A stretch of 64,000 nucleotides of DNA from Marsupella aquatica (Eukaryota; Plantae; Marchantiophyta). Each line of letters starts with the position of its first letter. Position 1 is the stretch's first letter. Of the stretch, positions 24,377 through 38,274 are shown one piece after another. The notes beneath the pieces are model-generated. The model made no database searches and was not told where the DNA came from. It saw only the letters and a list, made by a program, of their open reading frames with translations. The position numbers and the translations under genes were made by a program. The stretch lies in assembly GCA_973895155.1 (NCBI GenBank), contig OZ316895.1, forward strand, positions 4,017,659 to 4,081,658. Reading direction: 5' to 3'.

Positions 24377-24649
24377 AGCTTAGTGGCATGAGCTAGATAT
24401 GTAGTGCATGGTAGATTTTATACTAGCATATATATGTACCATCTAGTACAGTAAACTACCTAGGCTACTACATATTGTACATACCAGGGGGTTTCCCTTT
24501 TTGAATATGACATTTTGAGCTTGTACATATAACATTCTTTTGAATCAATCATAATTTAACCCAATTTGGCCCATTTCACCATGAAACTAACCCTAAACCC
24601 TCAAATACCAACCCCATGAGGCCCACTCTTCTATCAAGAAAGAATCACC

Positions 24650-25240
24650 CTTGTCCGTTACTAGTCCAATGCAATATACATCGGAAAAACACCTAATTAT
24701 CCCATGCTTTCAGTATCGGGACATCCGATACTCTTCTCTTCGAACAGTCCTATACTAAACGCATCGGACCCCTCGTCCAGCAAGCATGACAAAAATCCAA
24801 TGTCCGATACCGACCACTTCGAACCATCCAATATGAAACCAATCGGATTGTCCGATACATGCAACATTGGACCTTCCAATCTATAATCCAACGGATGTTG
24901 TGTTACTAAATGCATCGGAAACTCCGATGCTATAAATTACGCACATTGCGAAGCTCTAGGTAACGGAAATTCCGATATGATATGTATCGGACGCCAAGTT
25001 TTGCGATTAAGGTCACCCAAGTGGATATCCGACTCTCTTTGCATCGGATACAAAATAGTCCGAAATGGTTTGCTTCGGACATACCGATGTAAAGAGAAAT
25101 GGAAAGTCCGAAGGTTGTCCGATGGTCGGTGTCCGATATGTGGAGAATGGGAACATACGAAGCGGGTTACATCGGAAGTACCAAATTTAGTGTGCAACTT
25201 TCGTGAAGGGATCCGATGGAGATGGCATCGGATAAAGGCC
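24650..25240. repeat. CACTA right subterminal repeat array
   Basis: Dense TCCGAT/ATCGGA motifs next to the right TIR. Confidence 0.9.
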
Positions 25241-26011
25241 CAAAAATGTACTAGTGTAGCTTAGAACAATAGAAGCACTTGCCTTCACATCAGGATCTAG
25301 ATATAGCTTTTCTTCCAATGATTCTTCTCCATTTCTGACATAAAGTAGTATTGAATACTTAGAATCCCTCAGATAAATTCGGGGAAACCCACTAACGACA
25401 CCATTGCATGATTGCTTTCCTTGGCACTCTCAGGGATTTGGCTCTCTCTGCTCCCCACTTGGCTGGCCATTCCATTGTCGGTGATTCTTGGGAAGATAGG
25501 TTCCCGTGGCTGTCTATTTTGGATTGTTCTGAGCAAAAGCATTGTACATACGGCTCATGTCATCTGATCTATTGGTGGAGTATTCTCTCAAGTCCCAGGA
25601 CCTGCTCACCATTCTATTTCTTGGTTAAAAAAAGAAAAAAAGGAGGATCAATATCTTGGTTATCAATCTGGGGCTGGCTCTGAGAATCACGATAAACTAT
25701 CTGAAGTAGGGGCCTGGGTCCCATTGGCACTATCCTTAGTTGGATCCTCACTCAGCCTAAATATATCAAAAGAGTCCAGTGTCATTCCATACACTATTTG
25801 GACATTATGATCCGGCCCTCCTCGAGGCCCTCCCTGATCAGATAAGGACTTCAATTGGGTATATTCACTCAGAGGCACATTCTAGCATGGCGGATGGCGA
25901 TAGTTCTCCTCCCACATTTTCATCCAGGTAGTTGGATGGAAATTAATCTCCTCTTTCCATGCATTCCTTCTTTCTGCTTGAGCGGACTTTCCTCTTCGGT
26001 GATGTCCTGCT

Positions 26012-26303
26012 TGTAAGAAACCGTCGGCTCATGTACTAGACAACAATGCAGAACATGAAAGCACTCAATCTCACACTACACCAACAAGACACCACAATGG
26101 AGAAACTCTTGAAGGATCCATAGCTCATGAGAAGTACATGTGAAGAATGAGGGAGAGAAAGCTCTCCCTCCAACCTATACCCCCCAAGGGGGCCAAGATG
26201 TGTGGGCCTAAACTAAGCGGATCTTATCCTAATGTAATCCAGGGTTAACTAACCCTAGTAAGGCCAAACTAACTAAGCCGGGAACTCGAGTCAATTCCTA
26301 AAA
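26012..26303 (-). repeat. Copia 3' LTR
   Basis: TGTAAG...CCTAAAA, with the terminal CA mutated to AA. About 6 differences from the other LTR by eye. Confidence 0.95.
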
Positions 26304-26318
26304 ATCTCCACCTTGACT
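26304..26318 (-). other. Polypurine tract
   Basis: Minus strand AGTCAAGGTGGAGAT directly before the 3' LTR. Confidence 0.8.
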
Positions 26319-26370
26319 TCAGTTCACACAATGAGTCAGGTGATATACAATATGTAACTAAGTAACATAT

Positions 26371-29300
26371 CTACATAGTCTCCGGTTTGGCCCTAACATT
26401 AATAATATTCACACAATGACTAAAGCTACTGGTAGGTAAAACTTTGGTAAGCATGTCTGCTGCATTCTCTTCTGAAGCCACTTTCTCCAGAAACATCTGC
26501 TTCGTCTCAATCACCTCACGGATGAAGTGATAACGAATATCAATGTGCTTTGTCTTGGCATGGAACATAGGGTTCTTAGCCAGATGCAAAGCACTTTGAC
26601 TGTCACATAACAGCACCAGTTTTTCAGGTGAAAGACCCAGATCACTCACCAATCTCCGTAGCCAGATCAGCTCCTTGGTTGCCTCATAGGCAGCCAAGGA
26701 CTCAGCCTCAGTAGTAGACAACGCAACAGAGGATTGAGTTGCTGACTTCCAGCTGATACAACCTCCACCCAACATAAACACATAGCCTATAGTAGACTTC
26801 CTATTATCCAAGTTACCAGCATAATCTGAATCTACAAAACCTTCCAACTCTAATGTAGAGTCTACTTTACCGTCAAATAAGATCCCACAATCTAAGGTAC
26901 GTTTCAGATACCGCAAAACCCACTTCACTGCTTCCCAGTGAAGCTTACCAGGATTTGCCATAAATCTGCTCAAAATGCTAATAGCGTGGGCAATGTCAGG
27001 TCTAGTGCATGTCATCGCATACATCAAACTACCCACAACACTATCATAGGGAACATGTTTCATCGCCAGTCTATCACTCTCACTAGAAGGGCAATCATTC
27101 TTTGAGAGTTTATTAAAGTGGGAAGCCAATGGAGTACCAACTGGTTTTGCATTCTCCATTCCATACTTGGCAAGTACCTTCTCCAAATACTGCCTTTGAG
27201 ACAACCATAATTGTCTCCGCTCCCTGTCACGGTGAATCTCCATCCCTAGAATCTTCTTGGCCTGACCCAAGTCCTTCATTGAAAACTCCTTACTCAACAT
27301 TGCTTTCAGATGGGCAACATCAGACTTATTCTCAACCAGGATTAGCATGTCATCCACATATAGTGCCAGCACAATGTAACCAAAGCGTGAGCAATTCTCC
27401 ACCTCCTTCATGTAAATAAAGCAATCATGTTCACTCCTCGAGAACCCTTGAGATAACATGAAGGAATCAAAACGCTTATTCCATTGTTTGGGACTCTGCT
27501 TCAATCCGTATAACGAGCGCAAGAGCTTACACACCAAGTGTCTTGTGTTTTCGTCTATAAATCCTGGAGGTTGAGTCATATAAATCTCCACATCAAGCAA
27601 TCCATGTAGGAAAGCAGTAATTACATTCATTTGATCTAACTCAAGATCATAGAATTCCACAATTGCAAGTAAAACACGGATAGTGGCGAGTTTGACAATT
27701 GGTGAGAAAATCTCCGTGTAGTCCAAACCCTCCTTTTGGGTGTACCCTTTGGCCACAAGGCGTGCCTTGTAAGTGCCATCCTGCTTCTTCTTGTACAACC
27801 ATCTACACGAAACCAGTGTCTTCCCGCGAGGCATGTCAATTAAGTGCCAAGTTGAATTCTTCTTCAAAGAATTCATCTCCTTCAACATCGCCTCCATCCA
27901 CTTATCCTTCTCTGGAGAGACCATAGCTTCTTCATAGCTAGAGGGGTCTCCATCTTCAATGAGCAAAACAACATCGAGATCATCGTCATGCTCAACAACG
28001 TGAACACGAGGATCTGCAAAACCAAATCTATCAGGGGGTTGGCCAAAATTGGCCCTGGTGGAGCGCCTTGGTTGAGGAACTACACCTCTATCAAAGGGAC
28101 CAGCAACTTCCTCATCACCACCAAGCTCCACCATAGTGGGTTCCTCCACCTATTGCTCCTGAATATCCCGGGGTCTTGACAACCATTCTTCATCAAAAAC
28201 CACATTTCTGCTCACAACTGCCTTGCAATCGATAGGATCCCACAATTTATAGCCCTTCTGCCCAGGACTAAAGCCTAGAAAAATACATTTCTTAGACTTG
28301 GGATCCAACTTAGACCTGTGTGTCTGCTCAATGTGAACATAGGCAACACAACCAAAAACTCGGAGTCTAGAGTAATCAGCAGGTCTTTTATACCACAACT
28401 CAAATGGAGTTTGCATCAACTTACTATTGTGCGGTGACAGATTGTAGACGTATGCAACTTGGTTGACAGCTTCAGCCCAAAAATTATTGGGCAATTTGGA
28501 CTTACAAAGCATGTTGCGTGCTTTCTCCAGTAATGTCCGATTCAACCGTTCTGCAACTCCATTTTGTTGTGGGGTCTCCGGTACAGTATAATGACGCTTG
28601 AGGCCAAGGTCCCGACCAAATTGGTCAAACTCATTGGGCCTATACTCGCCACCGTTATCTGACCGAACACACTTCAACTCCTTCCCAGTCTGTAGCTCCA
28701 CCATGGCTTTCCACTCCTTGAAGATCTCAAATACTTGAGACTTCTTCTTCATGTAGTACAGCCAACACACTCGAGAGTAATCATCTACAAACGTCACAAA
28801 ATATCTGGCTCCACCCAACAACGGTTCCGGCGCTGGACCCCAAACATCCGAATGTATATACTCAAGAATCTCATGAGAATGGTATGAACTAGAACTGAAA
28901 CTCACTCTCCTCTGCTTGCCAAAGATGCAATCTTCACAGAAAGAGAGTTTACCAGATTGAGCGCCTTGCAGCAAATCTCTGTTTGCCAAGGCTGCCAATC
29001 CTTTACCACTCAAGTGACCCAACCGTGCATGCCACAAATCTATGGCTTGTGTGCGACCAGATGTTGAGGGTGCTTCAATTGAAGCAGCCGAAGATGATTA
29101 TGCGGCAATTGTTGCCACTGCATCCAAATGTCCCACCACAGAATCCACATGCTCCACTCTAGGAGCAATGACATCTCCTTCCAAGATGTACAAATTATTT
29201 TGCCGTAGCGCCTTAATCAAAGATACATTATCTTTGATGACAAATAGCACACCATCACGTGCAGTGAAATGAGATCCACCAGCTTCCAAAGCACCAAGAG

Positions 29301-30389
29301 AAATCAAGTTCTTAGAGATGTCTGGTATATGCCTGACTTCCGTCAATGCTCTCACAACACCATCAAACATCCAGAATTTGATAGTCCCCATGCCAACGAT
29401 CGTACATCGGACATCATTTCCAACTTCCATAGTATTGGTACAAGGTTGGTAAGTGGAGAAATACGATCGCGTTGGACACACGTGATAAGAGGAACCCAAA
29501 TCCAACATCCATTTATTGTCATACACAGAATTCACAACACCAATACATAGCACTTCAGCAACATCCTCATGATCAGCAATCACAATGCCAGTTGACGATG
29601 AGGACGCGCCATTGGAAGTAGAACCCTTTTGCTTTGATAGAGAAGGACAATTCCACTTTGTGTGGCCCTTCTCATGGCAATGCCAACACTGAATTTTCTT
29701 ACTACGAGACTTAGATTTAGATCTACTCTGAGATTTAGATCTAGACTGATCCATAGTACGCTCCGTCATTCTGCCTCTAACTACTAAGGCAGCAGACTCA
29801 TCATCACGGGTAAAGAGATGTTGCTTGCTCCATTCTACAAGAATGATAGCCTTCACCGCATCCAGCTTCAACGTTGTCTTGTCATGTGTGATGACCGTCA
29901 CCAACGTCGAAAAACTCTTCGGAAGCAACATCAACAAATGCATCGCAAGGTACTCATCGGTCAACTTATCTCCCGCCATGGTCACCTCATGCACAATCTC
30001 ATCAAAGAGACTTAGGTGATCACTCATATTCCCACCATCCTTCAACTTCACCTAAACAACCGCTCCAACTGGTAAATACGAGTAGTCAACGAAGTACTTT
30101 GGTATAGCTGAGTAAGCGTATCCCAAATCTTCTTGGCATTACGATCCATCCCCAACACGTTCTTGAGAATGTTGTTAGCCAAGAACAACTCAATTGTACT
30201 ACACGCCTGCACTGACATGTCTTCCCACTCCTCATCTGTCAGAGTCGAGGGCTTCACTCCAGTGATGGTCTTCTCAAGACCCTGCTGGATCAACACATTA
30301 GTGACCTTCCTAGTCCAAAGGCTAAAGCTGACCTTCCCGTCAAACTTCTCCACCTCAAACTTTGGCACCGCAAGCTTTCGCGAAGTCAT
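26371..30389 (-). pseudogene. Copia gag-pol polyprotein (frameshift near 30050, stops at 29098 and 28150)
   Basis: VEKFDG..FSLW, CWHCHEKGHTKWNC, WMLDLGSSYH, WHARLGH, HSDVWGP, RSDNGGEY, PQQNGVAER, YKARLVAKG, LYGLKQ, LYVDDML, DSDYAG, KHIDIRYHF, ADMLTK. Confidence 0.95.
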
Positions 30390-31604
30390 GGATGTTGTCA
30401 CAAACACACAGGAAACACAAGTACCGAAATACCTCCAGACACAAATCACCAAAAATGAAAGTTGGAAAAAGTGGAAATGAAATGCACCGCCGCGTAGCCT
30501 GCAAGTAATATTTCCAAAACACCAAGCAGCTCTCCAAATGGACACTTGAGCCGGGAGTTATTATCTTTTCAGTGCAAGGGTGAAAACATCTGTTCAAACC
30601 CCGTTGAAGGAATATTTTAATAAAAAATTCCACAGACCTCTGTTTCCAAAAAAAAAAATTCAGGCCCCTTCCCTACTCCCTTGGGAACACCTGTGCAAAA
30701 AATCTTTGAAAATGAAACTTGTTTGCCCTGCCGAATCACAGAAATAGTACCAAAATGGTACTAGAACACGAAACTGATCACATTTCTACACGACTCTTGT
30801 GTAGAGGGTGAGCTCTACACGACCCTCATATAGAAAAAAGGTCCCTGCCACCTCGAGAAATAGTTCTCAGGCCGTTTGTCCAAGTCCTATTTGGCCAAAC
30901 AAACCAAGACTTCTACGCGAGTCTCGCATAGAAAGACTATGCCACCTCAAGGTAAAAAGCACAAAAACCTGTTTGTCCAAGCCTTTGTGGCCCAACAAGT
31001 CAAGGTTCTACACGAGCCTCGTGTAGAAAAGCGTCCCCCGCAATGTGCGCCGCTTCTTTCGTACCACAAATGGCAGGAACTTTGATCACACATAAATCCA
31101 TAACCAGACCTCCGTTTGATCTCCGCTTTACACCGTTGGAATTAGAACGACGAAAGCTATCTCACAACCAGGCATCCAAAGTCAACACCCAACTTTGGTT
31201 TCTGCCCTAATCCATGATTCAGCATAGCCGCATCATGTAGCTCACGGCTATGGCCGCCACCAAAAAGCTTTTGCTTTCTAGCCCAATGCTGCCTCAATCA
31301 ACATTGCTCCACACTCGTTTGATGAAAAAAACAATGAGATCTCCACCAAAAACATAGTACGCATCGATGTGCACAAGAGATCTTAGAATTATTCACCTAA
31401 CAATACCTTCGGAAACAAAATGACACATCCGACACTTCTATTGAAGTTTCAATCGGGAAACCATCACCTATTACAACACAAAATCTCCAACACACCACGA
31501 CCAGTGATACGATCATACACTCATTGACAACGATCCGATCTGTCACCCCGATTCAACACAAAGAATACTCTCACCACTGTCCACGCAACCGAACTTCGAA
31601 CACG

Positions 31605-31618
31605 AAGCTCTGATACCA
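31605..31618 (-). other. Primer binding site, complementary to tRNA-iMet
   Basis: Minus strand TGGTATCAGAGCTT, 2 nt inside the 5' LTR boundary. Confidence 0.92.
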
Positions 31619-31620
31619 CT

Positions 31621-31912
31621 TGTAAGAAACCGTCGGCTCATGTACTAGACAGCAATGCGGAACATGAAAGCACTCAATCTCACACTACACCAACAAGACA
31701 CCACAATGAAGAAACTCCTGAAGGATCCATAGCTCATGAGAAGTACATGTGAAGAATGAGGGAGAGAAAGCTCTCCCTCCAACCTATACCCCCCAAGGGG
31801 GCCAAGATGTGTGGGCCTAAACTAAGCGGATCTTGTCCTAATGTAATCCAGGGTTAACTAACCCTAGTAAGGCCAAACTAACTAAGCCGGGAACTCGAGT
31901 CAATTCCTAACA
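31621..31912 (-). repeat. Copia 5' LTR
   Basis: TGTAAG...CCTAACA, 292 bp. Confidence 0.95.
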
Positions 31913-34460
31913 CTGCTTACAGGGTTTGGTAGAACTTGGAGAAGACCCGTCTAGTGGGTATTGGTTGCCCGTCACCATATGTAGTGAGGGTATGATTCAA
32001 ATGTTGGATGTTGGCTCTTACTGGCATACTCGGGATTCGGTTTGACTATTGGGGATGGCAAGTCACAGAGGCTATGGTGGAGGTTTTGCCCATCGGGAGA
32101 TGATGGGATCTATTTGGATTGGTGGCTAGTGGAGGGTGGAGTTTGGCTATGTCCTTGGTATGCCTCAGCCAATATTTTTGCTCTGGTGGCTGTTTCTGGG
32201 AATTCTCCGGGTTTCCACGTTTCTAGTTTGTTCTGCTTGTGCATTATGTCTCTGGGCCCGGCTCCTCCTTCCTTCTCTGATCGACCTCCTTCCTTCAGGC
32301 AATCTGGTTGGTGGCTGCCCTTCCATATTTCTCTGGGTGTGCTCCTCTCTTTTAGCCCCCTTATTTTCTCTTGTTTTGCTCCTGCCTCCTCCTCTCAGGC
32401 AGGGCCCCTTGTTGGTTCCCGTTTCTTTTCGGAATAAAGTTGTTTTGTTTCGTTAAAAAATAAGAAGTATTATGTTGTTGTCAAACTGAGATGCTTGAAT
32501 GTGAAGCCAGACTCTCCTTGTGTTGTTCCATGCCTGCCTGCCTAAGATGCCAGTCCTTCTGTATTTAGAGGTTGCTTTCTCAAATTCTCACATTGAGAGC
32601 GGGAAAAGAAAAGAGTTCTGAAAGAAAGAGAATAGACGTTGAGCTAAATATGACTGTACTTTACTATCTCTAAATATCAACGGTAAATCTCTCTACAACA
32701 TGGACGAGTTTGAAGGCTCACATTCCCATTTGACAGCAGCTCCGGCCGACAGCAGGATGAGGAGCCAAACAAATGCAAAGTGAGCCTGGAGCGGTCTTTC
32801 CACCCAGGTTTTAATTGGACAACATCTGGTTCAGTGGCTCAGACAACAGGATGGGTGACAAACTCACAAAACCAATGCATGTTGAGCACTCACATGCCTT
32901 GAAGCTCTGAGCAAATGGTGACCTTGAATGTGATCCACCAACCTTCAGAATGGATCCCCCAACACCCTCACTTAACATTTAGCTTTAATTAAAGCTACAC
33001 ACAACAAAGTCAAGTTTGAAACAAGATACTTGACCTAAAAGAAGACCAATAAATGTTTACTTTAGGACATGAGACCAGCAGACGAGGCACACTCTCGGGG
33101 CCAAAAGCCACAACAGGGAAAGAGGATAACTGCAACAACAGATAGTGAGTACATGATGAGCAGAATTATAAGTGCGTGAGTGTATTTTTGCCCTTTTTTC
33201 ATTGCTCCTGAGCCTCATTGCTTTAGAACCATGTTGGCCACCGGCTCAGGATTAATATTAACAATACACAAAACTATAAAAAATTAAAAATACATGAGGG
33301 GGTTTACTATCTTGTAACATATATACAGAGAACTAGTTCTGAGCAAGGGAGGGTGCTAGACTTACAATAGTTCTTTCCTTTAGTCTGTTTGTATGCAAGG
33401 TGAAGCATGTGATGTGAGGGAGAATAAAAGTGAAAAGGTAGAGCCCAGATATGCCTAATGAGATGTTACAACAAAACATTTTTGAAAATTTAGGACTCCT
33501 TAATCATAAATTCAGTAAATACAAAAAAAGTATATTTGGAAATCATGGTGAGATTGATGCATGGAAGAATTAAAACAATAGATATATCTAGTATTCAACT
33601 TTCTAAAAATGGCAGAGGATGAGTTTCATAAAGAAATCTAAGCTTCAAAACTAACAACAGAAGCTACCATTTTCATCCTGCCAGGGACTAATATTGTCCA
33701 CATTTCAGGTAGTAATAGTAAGAGTAGGCTGACACATTTTGACAGAAACAAGCAATCTATTTCAATCAAGAGCAAAGACTTGATTATGTTCTTCTTCGAG
33801 GTTATGTGTAGGGGTAACCTATTGGCCTGGCACTACCCAGAGGGTTGAACCCGAAAACCTACAACCCCATGGGTTACCGCAAATAAAGCCTCATCGTAAG
33901 TCTTAAAAAATTATGTGTAAGAGTAGTGGCCTCAATCTGTTCCAGTGAAACAAAGAGATTTAAACCTGCAATCTTGGGGCCAGGCTGGCAAGGGGTTAAG
34001 GGCCACACACTTCAATGAAAATAATCATATTAAGTCATCTTCTTACACTTAAGGCCCTTTGTGAAATTTCCCTTCGCATTTTCCAGTGCGTTCTTGGAGG
34101 AGAATGCCCTGTCAAGAGTTGGATCACCAGAAGAGTCTCCTCTGCTTTTTTCTGAAGTTTAGTAAAATAAAATCCTTTCACTCCAGGCCTTCAAGTGTAT
34201 GAAGGTCCTCAGCATTATGGATAATAATAGCCCCTCAAAACTTGATCTGATCAAAGTTCTTGTTTGTCTGGGCAATTCTATTTCACAATCTGTAAGTGTA
34301 TTATGACGCTAAGGACATAAGTGAGTGAGGGTGCAGAAAAGGGGGATAAATCACAAATGAACAAGAATGATAAGGAATTCTTTTTCTTGCAAGGTCGTTT
34401 TGTATGCACCTATATTTATGTTCAAAAATGACATGATGCATGTTCCAGATTAAACCTAAC

Positions 34461-36998
34461 TCAAACTTTAGCATGATGAACTGTGTAAAGGCGCTTTAGA
34501 AACAAGGTCACACAAATTACAGCCTGTAGAGTGTAATACCTGGGAGTTGCTCTTCCATATAGCATCAATGTAGGTTTTCTCATCCAAACCATGATTCCTA
34601 CAAAACTTGATTGCATGCACACAAGGGAACCCCATCTCTTGCCAATCCCTACACTCGCATGTCTTGCACTCCATGTCCAAGGCCCACTCGCCATGGGAGT
34701 CTACCATAAAGGCTGAGGTAGGTGATGAAGGACGCTCTTGAACCCCCCCAGCTCGACTGTAGAGGGTATTGAGCATTGTAGTGGCATGGGGTGTTAAGGC
34801 ATTCTCCCCTGTAGGCCATACTATAACAAGTACAACCAAAGCATGTCCACAACAACAAGTAGTGAGAGGAAATAGATGTATAAAAAATGAGAACCTTGAG
34901 TCCAGTACACCCACACATAGCTATAGGTGAACTCCATACTTACTGCCGGCACTGGTAGACCTCTCATAATGTTTAGTCATGGTGTAATCCCATAAGTCCT
35001 TGCAGATCTTCAATGCAGGATGTTTGCGAATAGGCCGGATAACCCCATTGAGAATCTCCACTACATTTGAGGTCGTATGGCCCCACCTAACATGATCCGG
35101 TTCCAAAAGTGAACATCCAAATCATGTTGATGGTGGACATTTGGTCCGTGCTTGTAAGAAATGACATGCGCCAATGAGCAAGAATAAGAGGGAATCACAC
35201 TTGTGATTGACGAATATATACCTGGGCACAGGGAATGCATGTCGTGAATATAGTTTTGGATCAAGGGCTTTTATGTATTCAATCCCAGATTCTTGACGTG
35301 AACTTAGTGGTCTGTAGTCATGTAGCATGGCCTCAAAATCCCTCCCCCTAACTTGCCGAGCCAACTGCAGACAAAAGTGGAAAAGTATTAATTGATAGTG
35401 ACCGTCCTTCGTGTGAAACCAGGACATGGAGGGGAGCAAGGAGCCATTGACTTACAAGATTGTGAGGCAGTCCTACCTTCATGAACCAATCTCCAAGTGC
35501 CTTGTCAGAGTGAGTTATGACATTTGCCCGAATATGCCTTGTACAAAAGGAATGATGTATGTTGCCCCAAATGGACTGCACTGCTGGAATGAGGCCCTTG
35601 TCACGGTCACTAACAATGACTGTCTGTAGGCAAGACCTCATCCTTGGGTAAGAGTTATCTACATGACTCATAAACCAGATCCAGTTGTCCTTGTTCTCAA
35701 CTCCAACAACTACCCATGCTATGAGAAGGATGTGGTTGTTGCAATCAAATGTAGTGGCAAGTAAAATGATCATGGGAAATTTCCCACCTGGAATTCAAAG
35801 TTCAGTGAAGGGGAAGTCAGAGGCACTTCATTATAACAGATGGTCTCAAACCCTATTATGGCATAGAACCTAAACCCTAGCATGACTGACAGAGACAACT
35901 TTGACAAGTGATACCTGTATGAGTGGCATCCATCCCCACAAATGGTCTGACATACTTGAAAGCATTTTGTGAGGATGCTGGTGAGATAAAAATACGCCGA
36001 AACCTACTATCAGACTCGTAGGTCTGATAGAAGACATGTGTGTCCGGATCAGTGACTTATAGCTTTGCCACAAAGGATGGAATCTTTTGAAAGGACTTGG
36101 CCTGGTCACCTCCTAACTTGTCCACAACATGTTGACATGCTCTTGCAGCGGTCCATACCGTGGTATCAGCAGACTCATTCTCTCTAAGTATACCTCGCAT
36201 GTCCTTATTCGAGGTATCTTGATTGACTCTGATAGTGGACTCCAACTTCTCCTGAACCCACCTCCTTTTATGTGCTCCGTGGCGAAACAAGTGAATGGAT
36301 TGGGGACAATTGTGGATAAGATGACTCCTCTGGACACTGATTCTACTTGACTCCTTCAAATGCTTCACATACAACTCTGCGTTGCAAGAGTTAGGGTTGT
36401 TTTTATCATAGCCCCTACACCTTGCATGGAGCCTGTCAGTGTTTCTTGCAACCCTCTTGAAACTCCATCCTGCTCTAGCCTCATAATCATCTAGAACTCT
36501 GTCAAAGTCACTCCATGTCAAGTATTGCTTTCCTTCAACAATCTTGACTCAAATAGTGTAGGTTCATGACCATGGACAAACCCTGCACAAATTTTAGAGG
36601 TTGTATTGTTAAGTAGAGACTATAAAGAACATGTGGCTTCTGAAAACAACTTACTCTCATAACCAAAGAATAAATAAAACATAACCAAACCATGTGAATA
36701 ACCCACCTGAATGTAAGGGAGGAAGGTCAAGGTGCTGATCCTCCTCCACCAGTTCCCTCATATCAATGGCTGGGTCCCTACGTGGATTATTGGTGCGGCC
36801 CAAGTGGCGGATGTCATTCGTGGATAGAAGGGGCTGAATTGTATGTTCATGTGGGTGAAGAGATTCTTCAAAGACATGAGTGATGGGAGGAGGCAGGTCA
36901 ACTTCGGAGTCATAGTCAAGGTCTTCTTCAGAGTCAGAAGAAGTCAACCCAAATTTTGTTTGGAGCCAAGACCCTTCATCGGGGTTCATGGAGTCCAT
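34461..36998 (-). pseudogene. MULE/MuDR transposase with SWIM finger; multi-exon and frameshifted
   Basis: C..C...H.C DNA-binding region (36057-36521); GMDATH; GKFPMIILLATTFDCNNHI; ENKDNWIWFM; VSDRDKGL; HSFCTRHI; TTSNVVEILN; CECRDWQEMGFPCVHA. GT-AG introns at 36583-36706 and 35788-35914. Confidence 0.9.
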
Positions 36999-37766
36999 CT
37001 TCCCTAGGTAAGTATGGGGACAAATAAAGAAGCACTGAATTAACATTTGGCACCTTACAGAGATTCCAAATGTGAGGCAAATGAGAACATTTTAGCCAAC
37101 ATTTGTTTCAGTACCTTGTACAAAGGTAGATGGTATTGCAAACACATTACAATTGCACAAGGAAAGGAATGGCCCCAAATTGAGCTAAGTAGACATTTTT
37201 ATTTGTTAAGTCCACCTGAGCGCTGCATGTTTTATACACAGCGCATTGCGTGGTAAGTATTAAGTTTGTGCACTACTGAGAACAAGTTTGTGGGATATTA
37301 GGTGAGGTTCAACAAAGCATCAGAGCTGCGCCTGGGCAATACTTCATTTCTACTAACTCATGTACTTCATTGGGGAGCCATATTCATAGAATTCCATTTG
37401 TGAGTTCTCATTACTGGATCTCCATTAGTTCCTGATTCAATTGCATCGGTCTTATTAGTGGATCTAGCTCATTGAATTCGGACGTTGCATCGAAATATAT
37501 TGTTGGTGGACAAACTTCAACACTCTATGAAGCAAGCAATGTGGGATGAATTTGATATAGCAAAAGTCAGAATAAACTTATTTATAGAGCTCATACCGCA
37601 ACGCCGCGTTGAGCTTTCCTTGGGAGGACCTGCAAACAATGACAATAAGATCGCGTACATAATTAGGCAGGGAATGCTGCATTGCAAAATGTTCCACATG
37701 ATTCATTGTGGAGCTATAAGATCCCAGGAAAAAATCAGAGGCCCGCAGTGGAACAACAATCACAGG

Positions 37767-37975
37767 CAGCAATTACATGGCGCAAGCGCAAGCTGATTTC
37801 ATTGGGGTGTCAGCGAGAGAGGCGCAGATTAAGCGAGAGAGGCGCAGATTAGCAATTACATGGCGCAAGCGCAAGCTGATTTCATTGGGGTGTCAACGAG
37901 AGAGGCGCAGATTAAGCGAGAGAGGCGCAGATTAAGCAACAAAGATGCACAGATTAAGCAATAGAGATGCGCAGG
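37767..37975. repeat. ~83-bp duplication built from 19-bp GCGAGAGAGGCGCAGATTA(A) subunits
   Basis: AGCAATTACATGGCGCAAGCGCAAGCTGATTTCATTGGGGTGTCA at ~37767 and 37850, followed by decaying subunits. Confidence 0.85.
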
Positions 37976-38274
37976 GGCACACAAGCATGAGAGACACTGA
38001 CTCATACCTTTTCTCACGAGAGGTGCAGAGCGAGGCCAGCGTTTGGCACAGGAGTACTTCATTGTCTGACGCTTATACTGTACCGGGGATGCAGCAGGAG
38101 TGCTTCCCCGCAAATTGCGCTAATCCCCCTCTCTTCTCGTCACACATATAAACAAAATTATAGGTAAACTGCTAATGGAATTATGTTCAATTACTAACAT
38201 CCATTTAGAGGCGGTTTTACGTTGAACAGGGGTGTAATCGCCTTACTGCCCCTATCACAGTCCATGGGAGGAGT

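Larger units (their letters stand above)
15296..25256. mobile_element. Full-length CACTA (EnSpm) DNA transposon, 9961 bp
   Basis: Perfect 16-bp TIRs CACTAGTACATTTTTG (15296-15311) and CAAAAATGTACTAGTG (25241-25256). 3-bp TSD TAG (15293-15295 and 25257-25259). Subterminal repeats and a transposase gene are present. Confidence 0.97.
26012..31912 (-). mobile_element. Full-length Ty1/Copia LTR retrotransposon
   Basis: Two 292-bp LTRs, 5-bp TSD CTGCT (26007-26011 and 31913-31917), PBS, PPT, and gag-PR-INT-RT-RH domain order. Confidence 0.97.

Noticed and set aside
33810-33880. GGTAACCTAT...ATGGGTTACC inverted pair as the left TIR of the MULE
   Set aside because: No similarity to the 38275-38311 end and no TAGAAAAAT flank.
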